The notes beneath the pieces are model-generated. The model searched no databases and was not told the DNA's origin. It worked only from the letters and a program-made list of their open reading frames with translations. The position numbers and the translations under genes are program-made. DNA of 61,872 bases, counting the filler. It is 10 parts of 10 records of this genome, joined end to end, with 100 filler letters (N's around TTAATTAATTAA, not from the genome) between each part and the next. Parts side by side here need not be neighbours in the genome. Positions count along the whole stretch, not along the records: positions 1 to 10,107 come from SRR7504441_4259; positions 10,208 to 16,931 come from SRR7504441_4263; 8 more parts are not named here. One strand, given 5' to 3'. Positions 1 to 11,590 of the stretch are shown piece by piece. The stretch's first letter is position 1; each line of letters starts with the position of its first letter.

Positions 1-1110
1 GCCGCCCGGGCTCGGCCGCGGAGAGCCCGGATGGCCGCAACCTCACAGTGGTGGGCCGGAATGCGCCAGCTGGAAGCTGGGCTGGTGAGCGAGCTAGAAG
101 CAGAGCTCGGGCGGGCAGCGGTGGACGGTAATGAGGAGCGGGACCGGCTGGCGAGGGAGCGGGCCGCATCGAGGCAGAGGGCGGAAGCTGACGAGCTGAG
201 AGTCGTGCTCACGGGAGACACTGGAGGCGAGGGGCCCTTCGGATTAGCGGCCGGGCGACAGCACCCGCCAGTCGGGCCGGCGAACAGCACCGAGCCGGCA
301 GGGGGGAGGCGGCCGGCCGAGCAGCTGGATCTGGCGCCGCTGGATCTGGGCCCTGAGCATGCCGACCCCCCGCTCGGAGGCCAGCTAGAGGCCTCTCACG
401 TGATGCAGAGCGGGATGAGAATACAGGACGGCCGAGTGAGCACCCCGCGCCGCTCGCCGACCCCGCGGTGCGCTCGCGCCCTGCCGGGGCTCAAGGTGGG
501 GCAGCACGGGCGCTCCGGTGGTGCTGGATGAGGCGGAATTCGCCTCACCTCGCGAGACGGGCAAGTGGGCGGCGGCGCTGGAGGCAGCCGGCAGTTAGCG
601 TCCGTTGCTGATTTCGGGGGGGCAGTTGGAGCGCCGGAGGGAAGCGATGCTCCAGCGCGAACTGGATCAGAACCTGTCCAAGTGCGCTGCAATGGTGCGC
701 GCTTGGCACGGGCGCGGTCCGATGGATGGGCAGGAATCGAAGCTGGCTGCGGAGCTGCTGGCCACTCAGTTGGAGCACCAGCGGAGCATGCGCGGACAAT
801 TTAAGGAGCTTTCGGCCGAGTTGCGTCAGGCAGAGCAAGCGAACGTTGCAGCCCGGCAGGAGATGGCAAGGCTGCAGCATTTGCTCAGCAGTGCAGTGCC
901 GTCCGTCGACGCTGCGGGCGCGCAGGCGGGGATGGAGCCGGCACTGCATCAGGCGCTGGTCCGCCACGGTGCGCCGGGCCGGTCGGCGGCAGCCAGCGGG
1001 GCGCAGGCGTGGAGCTGGAAGCGATTGACTCAGCCGAGCTCGAAGAGCTGGCGTCGTGCCACCGGCTAGCGTCTCAGCGCCGGGAGAGGCGGCCCAGTGA
1101 TGTCTTTTAA
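1..1110 (+). CDS. Coiled-coil protein of unknown function, 5' end possibly truncated, about 3 small introns
   Basis: ORFs 31-531 and 605-1069 join through inferred ~37-42 nt introns; removing intron 969-1006 (GT..AG, 38 nt) gives ELEAIDSAELEELASCHRL.. ending at TAA 1108-1110. Sequence is E/L/A/R-rich and heptad-like. Confidence 0.55.
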
Positions 1111-1419
1111 GGTCCATACGCGATCACGCTAATATCATAACGTCCAACCCCCGTAAAGGTCTACACCGATGCGGATTTTGCACGCACGGTCTTGCCTCGG
1201 CGCTTCAGCAATGAGTCTAGTACCTGCATGCGAGTACGAGTAAGCTTACATGATTGTGCACACTATAATTACAGTATAACTAATTACTTATCACTCTTTA
1301 TAATAAAAATACCAAAGGGCTGTTACATCGTGTGGCTTGAGGTGAGGGTTGCTTTGCTTAGCGTTTATAAGCAAACGTAGAAAGAATTTGTAAAGAATTC
1401 GAATGATATGTTTGTAATT

Positions 1420-2355
1420 TTACAATTGTGAGACTAAGCCCGTGAATTGCACAGCGACAACAAGGATCGCGGCACGGAGCAGCTGGCTATCGACAAGGAT
1501 CCCACTATACTGATACTTGAGTGCATCGTACGCGTGGTAAAAGTAGCCTTTTGTGTCGTCCCCTCTGCGACCCCAATGCCCCGGGCCCACGATCGTATAG
1601 TCCAGCATCCACCCGATTCGGTCTCCGGTCAGCTCGGCTTGAAAGTGCAGTCCGAACCGCAAGGCCGCCTGCCCCTCGGTCTGATCCTTGCCCGAGCCGA
1701 GTGCATCGTTGCCCACCCGCGAGGAGCGCCGGTAGTCTGCGATGTGCTTCCTGGGAGCGATGCAAGCAATGTACACAAAGAACCTCATGCAGTTGGTGAC
1801 GGTGACACAAATATAAAGCACCCAGAGCAGAATCGCGTTGTTGGTGACCACAAGGGTCCAGACTGTAACGGACTTGCTCAAAGGCCAGCCGTCCATCCCG
1901 TCGTTGAGCACGAGCGCTCTGTATAGCACCAAAGCTGAACCAACCGAAAAGAGCCCAATTGAGACGATCACGGTGGAAAGAGCACCTGAGGTCAGGCGGA
2001 CTGAGAAGGGCGGTATCCAGGCCATGAGGCATATCACCAGGCAGCCCCACATTATGCAGCGCAGGCCCAAAAGATAGTACCGATGCGTGGACGAATACTC
2101 GCTGCCGCCGTCGCAGTTGTACGGCTCGGCCATCCTCGTGGTGAGCCCGCACAGCCGGAAGATCCCCCGGTACACCAGCGGGAGCCCACAGACCGCCGCG
2201 GCGCCCATCTGGCACGCCTGGCTGTGACCGATGCACCCAGCGCTGAGCGGCAGCTCGTAACTCGAGTTTGCCCGGCTCAGCTCGCACGACACCCGCTCTT
2301 TCTCCTGCTTGCTGTCCAGCAGGAGCGGCCGCTCGGTCGGCGGGATGTACTCCAT
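1420..2355 (-). CDS. Multi-pass membrane protein of unknown function
   Basis: Intronless ORF (ATG at 2355, MEYIPPTERP) with 3-4 hydrophobic segments and a Cys-containing N-terminal part; flanked by AT-rich intergenic DNA. Confidence 0.55.
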   Translation of the reverse strand: MEYIPPTERPLLLDSKQEKERVSCELSRANSSYELPLSAGCIGHSQACQMGAAAVCGLPLVYRGIFRLCGLTTRMAEPYNCDGGSEYSSTHRYYLLGLRCIMWGCLVICLMAWIPPFSVRLTSGALSTVIVSIGLFSVGSALVLYRALVLNDGMDGWPLSKSVTVWTLVVTNNAILLWVLYICVTVTNCMRFFVYIACIAPRKHIADYRRSSRVGNDALGSGKDQTEGQAALRFGLHFQAELTGDRIGWMLDYTIVGPGHWGRRGDDTKGYFYHAYDALKYQYSGILVDSQLLRAAILVVAVQFTGLVSQL

Positions 2356-2710
2356 TTCCAGGGGCCGCTCACCGACAGCTAGTGCTGGATGCACGGTGAG
2401 CTGCTGGCCAAGCCACCCCGGTTACAGTCGTACGCTAACGGCTCCTGAGAATTCTGATACCGCATTCGATATCGATTCGCATATCGCGCATGATTTTAGT
2501 GATTACGATCGCACGCGCGCATCATTAACTAGTATCTCATTATCATCTCATTAGTGTCTCATGATACTGTATTGCATATTTACGGCATGTCTTGTTGTGA
2601 GGCGGAACGCGCGTAGCGCATTTAATTATGCATACAATGATATTCTTCAATTCCGAGTTTTGTATACATCGTAGTGGTCCGGTCGATCTCTAGTCGATCT
2701 CTGTAAGAAA

Positions 2711-5700
2711 TCAAGCCCCAAAGCTGTACGTGCCACCGCTCGTGCTGATTTGAATGCCAGTGCCAACCGCCTTTGCACCAGAGACTCCAGCCGCGCCCGA
2801 GATGAATGTGCCCTTGTTCCAGATTTCCTGTTGGCCTTCCTTCAGAATTGCATCAGCAGGCGAAGTGCCATCAGGCAGTGGGAAGACCAGAGTGCCAGTA
2901 GAGCCAGTCGGCACAGTAATTGTGACCCGGCCCAACGAACCCACGCTGCAGCCCGAGAGCTGGACACTGAGGATCTTTGCAGTGTCGAGGCATGGGTCGG
3001 GTCCAAAGAAGCTATTGGTGGCGGAGATCACGCAGCTGCTCTTGCCGACACATGCTTCAGTCACCTTGGTGACGGATGCATTCGAGTCGCACTTTCCCTT
3101 GACAAAACCGCCCCCACAGGATCCTGACGGCGTGCCAAAGCTGGCAAAGGCCACCCCTGTGAAGTTGCCACTGGGGCAGTTCAGGTGAAGATCCGAATTC
3201 TCAGGTATCGTGCCGCAGGCGCCGTTGTTTGCGTTGGCGGTCCACTGCACGGAGGCGACGCCGACAGGGGTGTCGATCGAGGCTGTTGCTGAGGTGATAG
3301 CGCTGTTGTCATGAAGCGCCGGTGCGAAAAGCAAATCAGCCCAGCCACGGCTTCCAGGCTTGCGGGTGATACCGGCGAGACCAGCATACATCCACCGGCC
3401 AAAGCCGCCATACATGATACTGCAAACACGCACGTCAGGACAGCGCAGCGCGAAGGACTCACTGGTTGTACGAGCCGTGTGGGTTGAAGGGAGTTGATTG
3501 CCAATTCTCCCAGAGCGTAGTTGCACCGACGCCTTGGTCTGGGTCAAGCCAGGCCGAGAAGGAGGGCATGCCCTTGGCGAGCATGTAATCGATCCCGAGT
3601 CCATTCTGGCCATGCTCCTTGAGCAGATCCCAGAAGTATTTGGTGAAGACAATCCCCCCAGTTGGGGCGTTGGGCAGTCCACTATGTGTGCCTTTAGAGA
3701 GAGCGGTGTGCAGACTGGAAAAGACGTCGGTGGCTTCGGCAGCAGGGACCACGCCCAGCATGAATGCCATGATCTGAGATATCGGGTAGCCGTCCTCGTA
3801 CGAGTGAGTGGTCGAGTTGTACAACAGCGACTGAAACGCCTTCCGTGTTTTGTCGGCGAGGGCGCTGTACAAAGCAGCATCATCCTGCTTATCAAGCCGG
3901 TGCGCAAAGTCAACAAGTGCATCCAGACCTTTGGTGAAATAGAAGGTAGAAATAGAGGGTCTCAGGAAGCCTGCTCCTGTGCTGGGCCCGTCCGAAACAC
4001 TGCACCAGTCGCCGTAGTGAGCAAAGCTGAGCAGGCCAGTGGCCTTGTCGAGCTGGGTGATCTGGGAATCCATGTACATCTTGATCCCGTCATAGTGTTC
4101 TGCCACAATCCGGTCGTCGGCATAGTACTCGGATACCCACTGGGTGATCAACGGGTAAGCCGCTGACCAGGCCGGGTCCGCAGGGAGCGCGCCGTGACCA
4201 TAGTAGGGGACGCAGTCCGGAATAGCTCCTTTGGCAGTGGCCAAGTGGTGAGCCTGTGAGTCTTTGATGTCGCGCATCCACTTGGTGTAAAACGCCCCCA
4301 TGTCAAAGTTATGAATCGCCATCTCGCAACTCAGCTGCGCGTCCCCAAGCCAGCCCCGCCGCTCACGCTGGGGGCAGTCGGTTGGCACATCCATCAAGTT
4401 GGACATCGAGGCGTACCGGGTAGCGTGCTGGATTTGATTCAACAAGTGGTTGTTTGTCGAGAGTGATCCAGTCTGCGGCACATTTGAATGTATGAAGTGA
4501 GCCATGAATGAGGCCTCATTCGGCACTCCAGGGAAGTTGGTCACTTGCACGAATCTGAACCCGTAGTAGGCAAACAGGGTGGTATAGCTCTCGAGCTCGC
4601 CATTCCCCGTGCACGTGTAGTTGGCGTTCATAATGTTACCGTACTGATTGAGTACACTCCCATCCGGATGTAAGCTCTCCCCAAAGTGCATATGAATCGA
4701 GGTGCCCGGCACAGGGCAGACCACATTGATCGTGAGCAACCCGGCCATGTTCTGACCAAAATCTATCACAAAGTCGCCTCCGATCTCGAGCTGCGTCACG
4801 TTGACCACTGGGTAGCTCTCGTCCACCTCTATCTGCACCGTCCGCGCATTCACCACGGAACCGTTCTTGATCGGATCGAACGCCGCCGCTCCCGCCAGCT
4901 TCCAGCCTGCGGCGTCGAATCCGCAGCGCGTCCAGCCGGGCTGCTCGAGCCGGGCGTCGTAAACTTCTCCTTGGAAGATATCATCAGACACCACGGGCGA
5001 TTCAGCCGCGCTGAACAGCAAGTCTGAGGTCGGATCGCCGCTCACTTTGGTCGGGTAGAGATGCCGCTTGCCGTCGGGGGTGGTCACCGAGAGGAGCGCC
5101 ATCAGCGATTTGGGCCCGACTTGGATCCCACCAAGAGCGTACCACCCATTCCCGAGCAGCACGCCCAGGCTGTTGCAGCCGGGCTGGACCAAGTCAGTGA
5201 CGTCCCAGGTGTCGTAGAGCAGCCGCTGCTCGAAGGTGGTGAACGGCCCGAGCACGTGCGCGTCGGTCGCCCGGCCGTTCAGATACGACTTGTAGTAGCC
5301 GAGCCCGATGATGTAGAGCCGAGCCCGGACTGCCGGGCCGGGCACCGTGAACTGAGCCCGGAGCATGGACGGGCCGCCGGAGATGAACTCGGCCCCGGCG
5401 AAGTCAACGGACGGGTCGAGTAGCCCTGTGGAGAAGCTCGAGTTGCCCCAGGCCGAAAGCTGGCCGCTGGCGTCGGTCCATCGCACTGAGAGCTGGTAGT
5501 CGGTGTCAGAAGCGAGAGCCGGGCCAGGATAAGGGATGTTGGTGGTTTGGTTGGACCTGACCACGCCGGAGTCCCAGAGCGGTTTGCCGTCCGTTGAGAG
5601 CATCATCTGGTACGCGGTCTGGGCCTGGCCGCGGTCCGGGTGCGATATGGCGTAGGAGAATCGGGGGCTGGGCACGTCGATCGCCAGCGGCCGGTCGAGG

Positions 5701-5792
5701 TACTCAACTCGGAGACGGGTCGGGGCGAGAGGACTCCCGCTGCACAGCACAGCCACAGGCAGCAGCAACGCGAGCACAGGCCGAGGCGCCAT
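2711..5792 (-). CDS. Secreted alpha-L-rhamnosidase (GH78) with an inserted SUEL/galactose-rhamnose-binding lectin domain
   Basis: Signal peptide MAPRPVLALLL; GH78 motifs DFGQNMAG, PTDCPQRERRGWLGDAQ, GATTLWENW; removing intron 3420-3462 (GTGAGT..CTGAC..CAG, 43 nt) restores SYNHIMYG; lectin motif FASFGTPSGSC..CVGKSSC..FGPDPC. Confidence 0.93.
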
Positions 5793-5866
5793 TCTGTTTG
5801 TGGTCTCCAAGAGCTGCCCGACTCGGCTAGTAACGGCAGAACGAAAAGTCCGTTGAAGCTCCCTCG

Positions 5867-7972
5867 ATGGAGGAGGGGCAGGGCAAGAAGAGCCTGGGGC
5901 AGATCTTGGATGAGAACCGGGGCAACAAGCGGCCCCGTCCAGTCGAGCCGAGCGGGCTGGGTGTGGCTGACTTTGTGTTCGTATCGGACAGCGAGGAGGA
6001 GCCCAGTTCGTCCTCGGACGCTGACTGCTCGGTCGAAGAGGCCCTGGCCAACCTCCGTCGCCTGGACCGGGTGGCTGGGCTTTACGACCGGCTGCACCTG
6101 CTCCTCGAGCAGCGCGACCGACAGCTCAGCTGGGTCGAGCCTCACCGCCAGCCTTCCCGGCGCCGGCGGCAGGAGGTTGCCTTCGCAGGGCTACCGGCGG
6201 TCGATCTACCCTCCCGGGTGCCGCTGGCGCTTCCCACCGGGAACAACGAGGCGTTCCGGCCGGACTGCCCTGGGAGGCAGCTCCGGCCGGCCGCCGAGAT
6301 GGCGTTGGACCGGATTGGGCGGATCGACCGGGTGCTTGCCAGATTGGCCGGCGACTGGGGGCCTGCGCTCCCCGAGGATGTGGCCGGCTGGCTGGAGCGC
6401 GGAGCCCCGGGGCTGGGGCTGCCGTCGGAACTGGCCGAGTATCTGAGGCCGGGCGACCTTCTGGGTTGCTGTGCGAGCAGAGGTACGAGGGTCACAGTAG
6501 AGGTGAGAGCGGGCACACGGCCTGGCCCGAGCCCAGGACAGGGCTGCGGCGCATCAGCGGATCGGCGGGCTGGCTCGTGGGGTGGGCGGGAGCCCTGGCA
6601 GTGGGCATCAGGTCGGCTGTTGCTCCAGCACGTGTACAGCCAGTACAAGCCTGTGGGCTGGTCCACACGGCCGCACTCGGCGATAGTTGACGTGAAGCTG
6701 TGCCCCGACAGGTTTTCCTCCACGCGGCGTGCTGGCTCACCCGGTGTGCTGCAGCGCCCGGCCACTGCTGCTGGTGGGCTGTGCTGCCGCCCCGAACGAG
6801 GCGTTGCTATACCATACTGTGAGCGGAAACTGCTGCCAGCTCAAAGGGCACAATTCGACCGTCACGGACGCATGCTTCTCTATAGACGGCGAATGGTGCG
6901 TCACCGCCTCGTACGACGCCTCGATCCGGGTGTGGCCGGCCTGCGCCGAGGCGAGCTCGGTACTGTGGCTGGGGCCGGCTCGCGCGGGAGCGAGGGCAGG
7001 TCGAGGCTGAGAGGGTGCTCGAGGGGCATTCAGACCACATCAACCGGTTGGCGATGCACCCAACGCACCCGGAACTGCTCGCCTCCGCCGGGAGCGACGC
7101 CCAGCTGCTGCTCTGGAGCCTAGACGAGACAGCGCCCGCATCGGTGCTGGCTGGCGGCGATGAATCGGCAAAATCTCGCGTGGTGGAGGATCTGGGTTGG
7201 TGTGCTGGGCAGCTCGTGTGCGGCACTGGGGGCGGGCAGGGCGCCGGGTGGATCCAGGTGGCCGCTCTAGCTGGCGAGCCTGCAGTGTCTGGGTGGCAGG
7301 TGTGGGAGCCTACGGTTGGCAAGCTGCTCACTGAGTTCGTCGCGCATCAGACCGCCGTTTCGTGCATCGGCATCGCCCCAAGTCCGGGCCTGCTGATCGG
7401 CCGTCGCTGAGCCCGTGGCAGGCGGTCGGATGTTTGCTACTGGCGCCGACCAGCCAGCCAACCCTGGGAGCTCTCTGCACGACAGCACGGCGCACTTGTA
7501 CGATCCCAGAGCCGGCGCAGCGCTGGTCGCCCGGCTGGAAACCGGCCAGTGCGAGCATAACATGGTCTCATTCAGCCGGTGCGAGAACTACCTGCAGGTG
7601 TGCGGCCGGGACCACAGAGTAGTGGTCTACGACCCTCGGTTCACAAAGACCCCCGTACACGTGCTCCAGCACGACCCAATGCCCGTCAGCTGCGAGGGGC
7701 TCGGGGTCAGCTCAGCCCAGTGGGCCAGCCACTACCCAGTGCTGATCACTGGTGGGGACGACTCTTTCGTCCGGTTGTGGGACGTGCGCCGGGGGAAGCC
7801 TTTGATTGCTCTCAGAGGGCACGGGGCTCCGATCTCTAGCATAGCGATAGGGCCTGACGACCAGACAATCGCGAGCGGGGATGACGGGACCAAAGTGATG
7901 CTCTACTCGACCGACAGCACCAAGCGGCTCGACTGCAAGTGGCAGCCCGCCCGTTGGGTGCCCACTAGATAA
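5867..7972 (+). CDS. WD40-repeat protein, about 6 introns
   Basis: WD repeats LKGHNSTVTDACFS..TASYDASIRVW, LEGHSDHINRLAMHP..LLLWSL, LITGGDDSFVRLWD, LRGHGAPISSIAI; the frames join by 35-43 nt introns. Confidence 0.85.
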
Positions 7973-8139
7973 AGGTTTCAATCAATCAATCATTGATCAT
8001 TGATCACTCGTGATCGCTACGCTATCGTAAACCGGTTGCATACGCCCTCTTCATTATGACGTGGCCAATGAATTCGCATATACGTTTATTAGATCACTGA
8101 GGGCATGCCTGGAGTCCTAGCACGGACTTACATCTGTGG

Positions 8140-9018
8140 TCAAGCTGCCTGAGGTTCCGACTCGGCCTCGTCATCCTGTTGCGGCGGCTTCTCGCTCTGA
8201 GACCGTATATTGCAGGCGTCGAGCGGCTCGTCCATTTTAGCACAGGTGTGGTAGAACAGCCACACTGACAGCACGATCCCGACCGCACACATGCAGATCG
8301 CAGTGATGGCATCCACCGCAGATTGCTTCGACTTGCTCATATCGGCGCTGAATAGTACAATGCTCACGATAACCACGGTCACACTCCGGGCCAAATCTAT
8401 AGCAATGTGCAGCGCCGCCGCCAACACATTCATTGTGACCACCCCCTCCTCCTCCGCCGCCGGCTGGTGGGCGTGCCCGTGCCCGTGGGCGGCCTCTAAC
8501 GACATGCCAAACAGGCCCCACTTCATAGCGACCATGCTGAACAGGTCGCAGGCGAGCCCCACCAGCGCAAACACCAGCATCAGCGTCGGATTCAGGTCCT
8601 CGTTTGAGTGCATCTCCTCGGCGGACTGCCAGATCATCACCGTTGCCGCCGCTATGAAAACCAAGCTGCTGAATAGGGGGCTGAAGTCCCCCAACCAGGT
8701 GCGCTCCCCGGGGCTACTCCGTTGCCGCTCGGTCCACCAGTTGACAGCGTACGTCACGCAGTCGACCACCATGTGGATCGCGTCCGCCAGCATGGCCATA
8801 GACCCGGCCACGAAAAATCCACAAAACGAGACCCCGGTCGAGACCAGCTGGATTAGCAGCGCGATGAGCAGGCCGTTGGCCAGCCGGCGCTGGGTCTCGG
8901 CCGGGTCGGCGCCGCGTGGCTCCGTCTCGTCCGCCGCCCCGGCCTCCAGCAGCGGCTGGCCAACCGACTGCTCATCGCCCGCAAGCTCTCGCCCTTCAGC
9001 CGGCAAGGATGAGGACAT
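8140..9018 (-). CDS. Cation diffusion facilitator (ZnT/CDF family) metal transporter
   Basis: SMAMLADAIHMVVD (HxxxD site), His-rich loop AHGHGHAH, MNVLAAALHIAID (second HxxxD), six hydrophobic helices. Confidence 0.88.
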   Translation of the reverse strand: MSSSLPAEGRELAGDEQSVGQPLLEAGAADETEPRGADPAETQRRLANGLLIALLIQLVSTGVSFCGFFVAGSMAMLADAIHMVVDCVTYAVNWWTERQRSSPGERTWLGDFSPLFSSLVFIAAATVMIWQSAEEMHSNEDLNPTLMLVFALVGLACDLFSMVAMKWGLFGMSLEAAHGHGHAHQPAAEEEGVVTMNVLAAALHIAIDLARSVTVVIVSIVLFSADMSKSKQSAVDAITAICMCAVGIVLSVWLFYHTCAKMDEPLDACNIRSQSEKPPQQDDEAESEPQAA

Positions 9019-9055
9019 GCCGCAAACCGGCCGTTGGCCGATCCGTTGTGGCAGC

Positions 9056-10107
9056 ATGCCCACCGCGCCGTTTGGGCGCTCAGTGGAGGCGGACGACCAT
9101 GTCCGGCGGCGGGCCGAGCAGCTCTACGGCGACCAGCACCAGGCCTCCGCCCCTGCCCCGACCGACCGGCGTCCGGTCACAGATTGGGCCGCAAGGGCGC
9201 ACCAGGCCGCCACGGCTCCCCTGGAGGAGCCGGCCGCCGGCCCTGTGACCGACCCCAGTCCGGCGGCGACGGTGGAAACCGGCGGATGGCAACCGGAGTG
9301 GGCCAAGAAGTTTGGCAAGCACCGCGGGCTGTACCGAAAGCCAGGCGAAGAAGGCTCCGCGGATGAAGCTCCCCGAGGCAGCCGCCGAGGCAGCCGCCGA
9401 GGTCGGACCGATCCAGCCCAGGCCGATCAGCCGCAGAGCCAGTTCGCTTACCAGGAGGACGCTTCGGTCAAAGCCCAGCGGGTGGGCAAGGCGGGAGACC
9501 CGAGAGTTGACCAGAATCCTTTGCTGATACCCGCGGCGACCGGCGGCGCTAAGAGGGCGGGCTCTGACCGGACGGCGGAGGAAGCGGCGCCCAAGCCGGG
9601 AGATGGTGGTCCAAAGCAAGCGGGTGACGAGGAGTGGGAGCCGGAGTGGTCAAAAAAGTTTGGCGGGTTGGGAAAGCGCAGGGGCAAGTACTCCAAGCCG
9701 ACCTCCGAGCTTGCCGGCGACATCGAGCTTCCCGCGGGGCCGCCGGATCGGAGTACCAGCCATGTGCCGGCCGATCGGACTGCTGACAGCCAGCCGAGGG
9801 GCCGGAACGCCGCTGTTGCGGACTCGAGCGGTGCCGACGGCTCGAGCACCGGCAGCTTGTCGAGAGCGGAGCGGAATAAGTCACTGGCTGACGGATGGGT
9901 GCCCGAGTGGAGTAAGAAGCACTTTGTGGGATCGCGCCAGCCGCGGCCCGCCCCGGAGCCCTCGCCCTACGTTCAGGAGCTCCAGGCAAACAAGCCGGAC
10001 CCACCCTCGACTGCATCGCACCAGCCGCGGGCACTCAAGACTCCCAACCCCGCGAAAGCCGCGGCGACTGCACCAGTGGCAAAGGCGCCCGTGGTGGCAG
10101 CAGCCCC
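9056..10107 (+). CDS. Low-complexity protein with three WxPEWxKK repeats (3' truncated by contig end)
   Basis: Open frame from ATG 9056 (MPTAPFGRS) to the linker; GWQPEWAKKFG, EWEPEWSKKFG and GWVPEWSKKHF. Confidence 0.6.
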
Positions 10108-10207
10108 NNNNNNNNNNNNNNNNNNNNNNNNNNNNNNNNNNNNNNNNNNNNTTAATTAATTAANNNNNNNNNNNNNNNNNNNNNNNNNNNNNNNNNNNNN
10201 NNNNNNN
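10108..10207. other. Artificial contig linker (N44-TTAATTAATTAA-N44)
   Basis: The same 100-nt block recurs nine times; its core gives stops in all six frames. Confidence 0.98.
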
Positions 10208-11239
10208 CTCTGCTGCAGCCTCCTCTGCTGCCTTCCTGGCCTCCTCCTCTTCAGCAGCAGCCTTCTTAGCTGCCTGTTCCTCTGCTACTAATTTCGCTGC
10301 TTCCTCCTCCTCTTCAGCGGCAGCCTTCCTAGCTGCTTCCTCCTCCACAGCAGCCTTTGCTGCGGCTTCAGCAAGTGCCCTAGCTGCAGCGGCCTCCTCT
10401 GCTGCCGCCTTATTCGTGGCCTCTTCAAGGGCCTTGAGTGCTGCTTCCTCCTCTGCTGCCTTTCTAGCTGCTTCCTCCTCTGCTGCCGCCTTCCTGGTCT
10501 CCTCCTGTGCCGCCCTTTTCCTAGCTTTCTCCTGAGCTGCCGCCTGCTTTGTGGCTTGCTGCTCGAGGCTTTGTGCATCGGCCAGAGCCTTTACCGCCGC
10601 GTCAGCTGCAAATTTGGCCTCTCGTTCGGAAGCCTTGGCCGCTGCGGCCTGCTCCACCGCCACAGCTCCTTCGGCCCCTGCTGACGCCTGGCTGGCGGAT
10701 AGCTTGGCAGCCGAAGCGCGCTCACCAGCCGTTGCTGCAGCTGCCAGAGCTGCTTTGGCCGCGTCCGCAGTGCCTTGCACTGTTTTGGCAGCCCTGGCTG
10801 CGGCCAAGGATTCGATCGCTGTGCTCGCTGCCTCAGCCGCCGCATCGGCAGCATCCCGGGTGGCCTCAGCATGCTGGTGCGCCATGCTGGCGGCCTCGAG
10901 TTCGGTGGCGCGCTGGGCGGCCTTTGCCTTCGCGGCGTGCTGGTGGGCGGTGCCTGGGCTGGTCTGGCGGGGCGAGCTGGCCGGCGAGCCGTGCTTGGAA
11001 TCAAACTGGTCGAGCATCCGCTCCATCCGCTCCCACGAGCTCTCCGCCTGGAACCAACCGTCCCCCGCCTGCGCTCCGGTATCCTCGCTCGCAGCCGGCT
11101 GCGGTCGGTCCTCCTCTTTTTCCGGCAGCTCCGGCAGCGGCGCGGGCGGGGCCAGATGCTTAGGCGGGTCCGGCTCGAGCTCGATGCCCTCAGATACATG
11201 CCCGTCCTGAGACTGGCAACAGCCAAGCTGTCCTCCCAT
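10208..11239 (-). CDS. Predicted dually acylated protein with Ala/Glu/Lys-rich helical repeats (3' truncated)
   Basis: N-terminus MGGQLGCC (Gly2 myristoylation plus Cys palmitoylation pattern); repeated AAEEEAARKA units near the contig edge. Confidence 0.7.
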
Positions 11240-11590
11240 CCTCGGGGTCGCTCAGCTCGCGGGCTGCTGCTCACTGTCCGAAGCAACGGACATTTGCACA
11301 TAGCACCCCCGCGTCTCGGGGTCTGGATTTTGGCTGACACGTTCGATCTACTCGGTACCTACTCGACGCCTCGAATGCTCGGCCTGGATGTCGCGACCGG
11401 GCCTAGAGGCGCCTTTAGACCTCGATGCTGTTTTATATACAGTATCGTACAAATTAATTGTTTCTATGACTAGTACAAGCGTGGATGCCTTGCTCTCGTG
11501 TCTAGACCAAGATTCCAAGGCACGCAAGATGGAGGCTCTCGGTAAATCGGACTTATCCGAGGCAACTGGCGGGTGCGGTTTGGCGCAAGG

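Noticed and set aside
8291-10159. 622-aa ORF, and similar long overlapping ORFs (24093-25922, 59083-60585, 41054-41977)
   Set aside because: These are antisense shadows of GC-rich coding genes, or read-through from one gene's antisense into its divergent neighbour; they have no independent motifs.
10152-10163. Recurring TTAATTAATTAA palindrome as a biological repeat or recombination site
   Set aside because: It is always centred in exactly 44+44 N and gives stops in all six frames, so it is a concatenation linker. Neighbourhood across linkers carries no meaning.
11479-11525. Hairpin (GCGTG..GCCTTG / CAAGGCACGC) as a snoRNA or SECIS
   Set aside because: No H or ACA box, C/D boxes or AUGA/GA core could be placed; it is probably 3' UTR structure.
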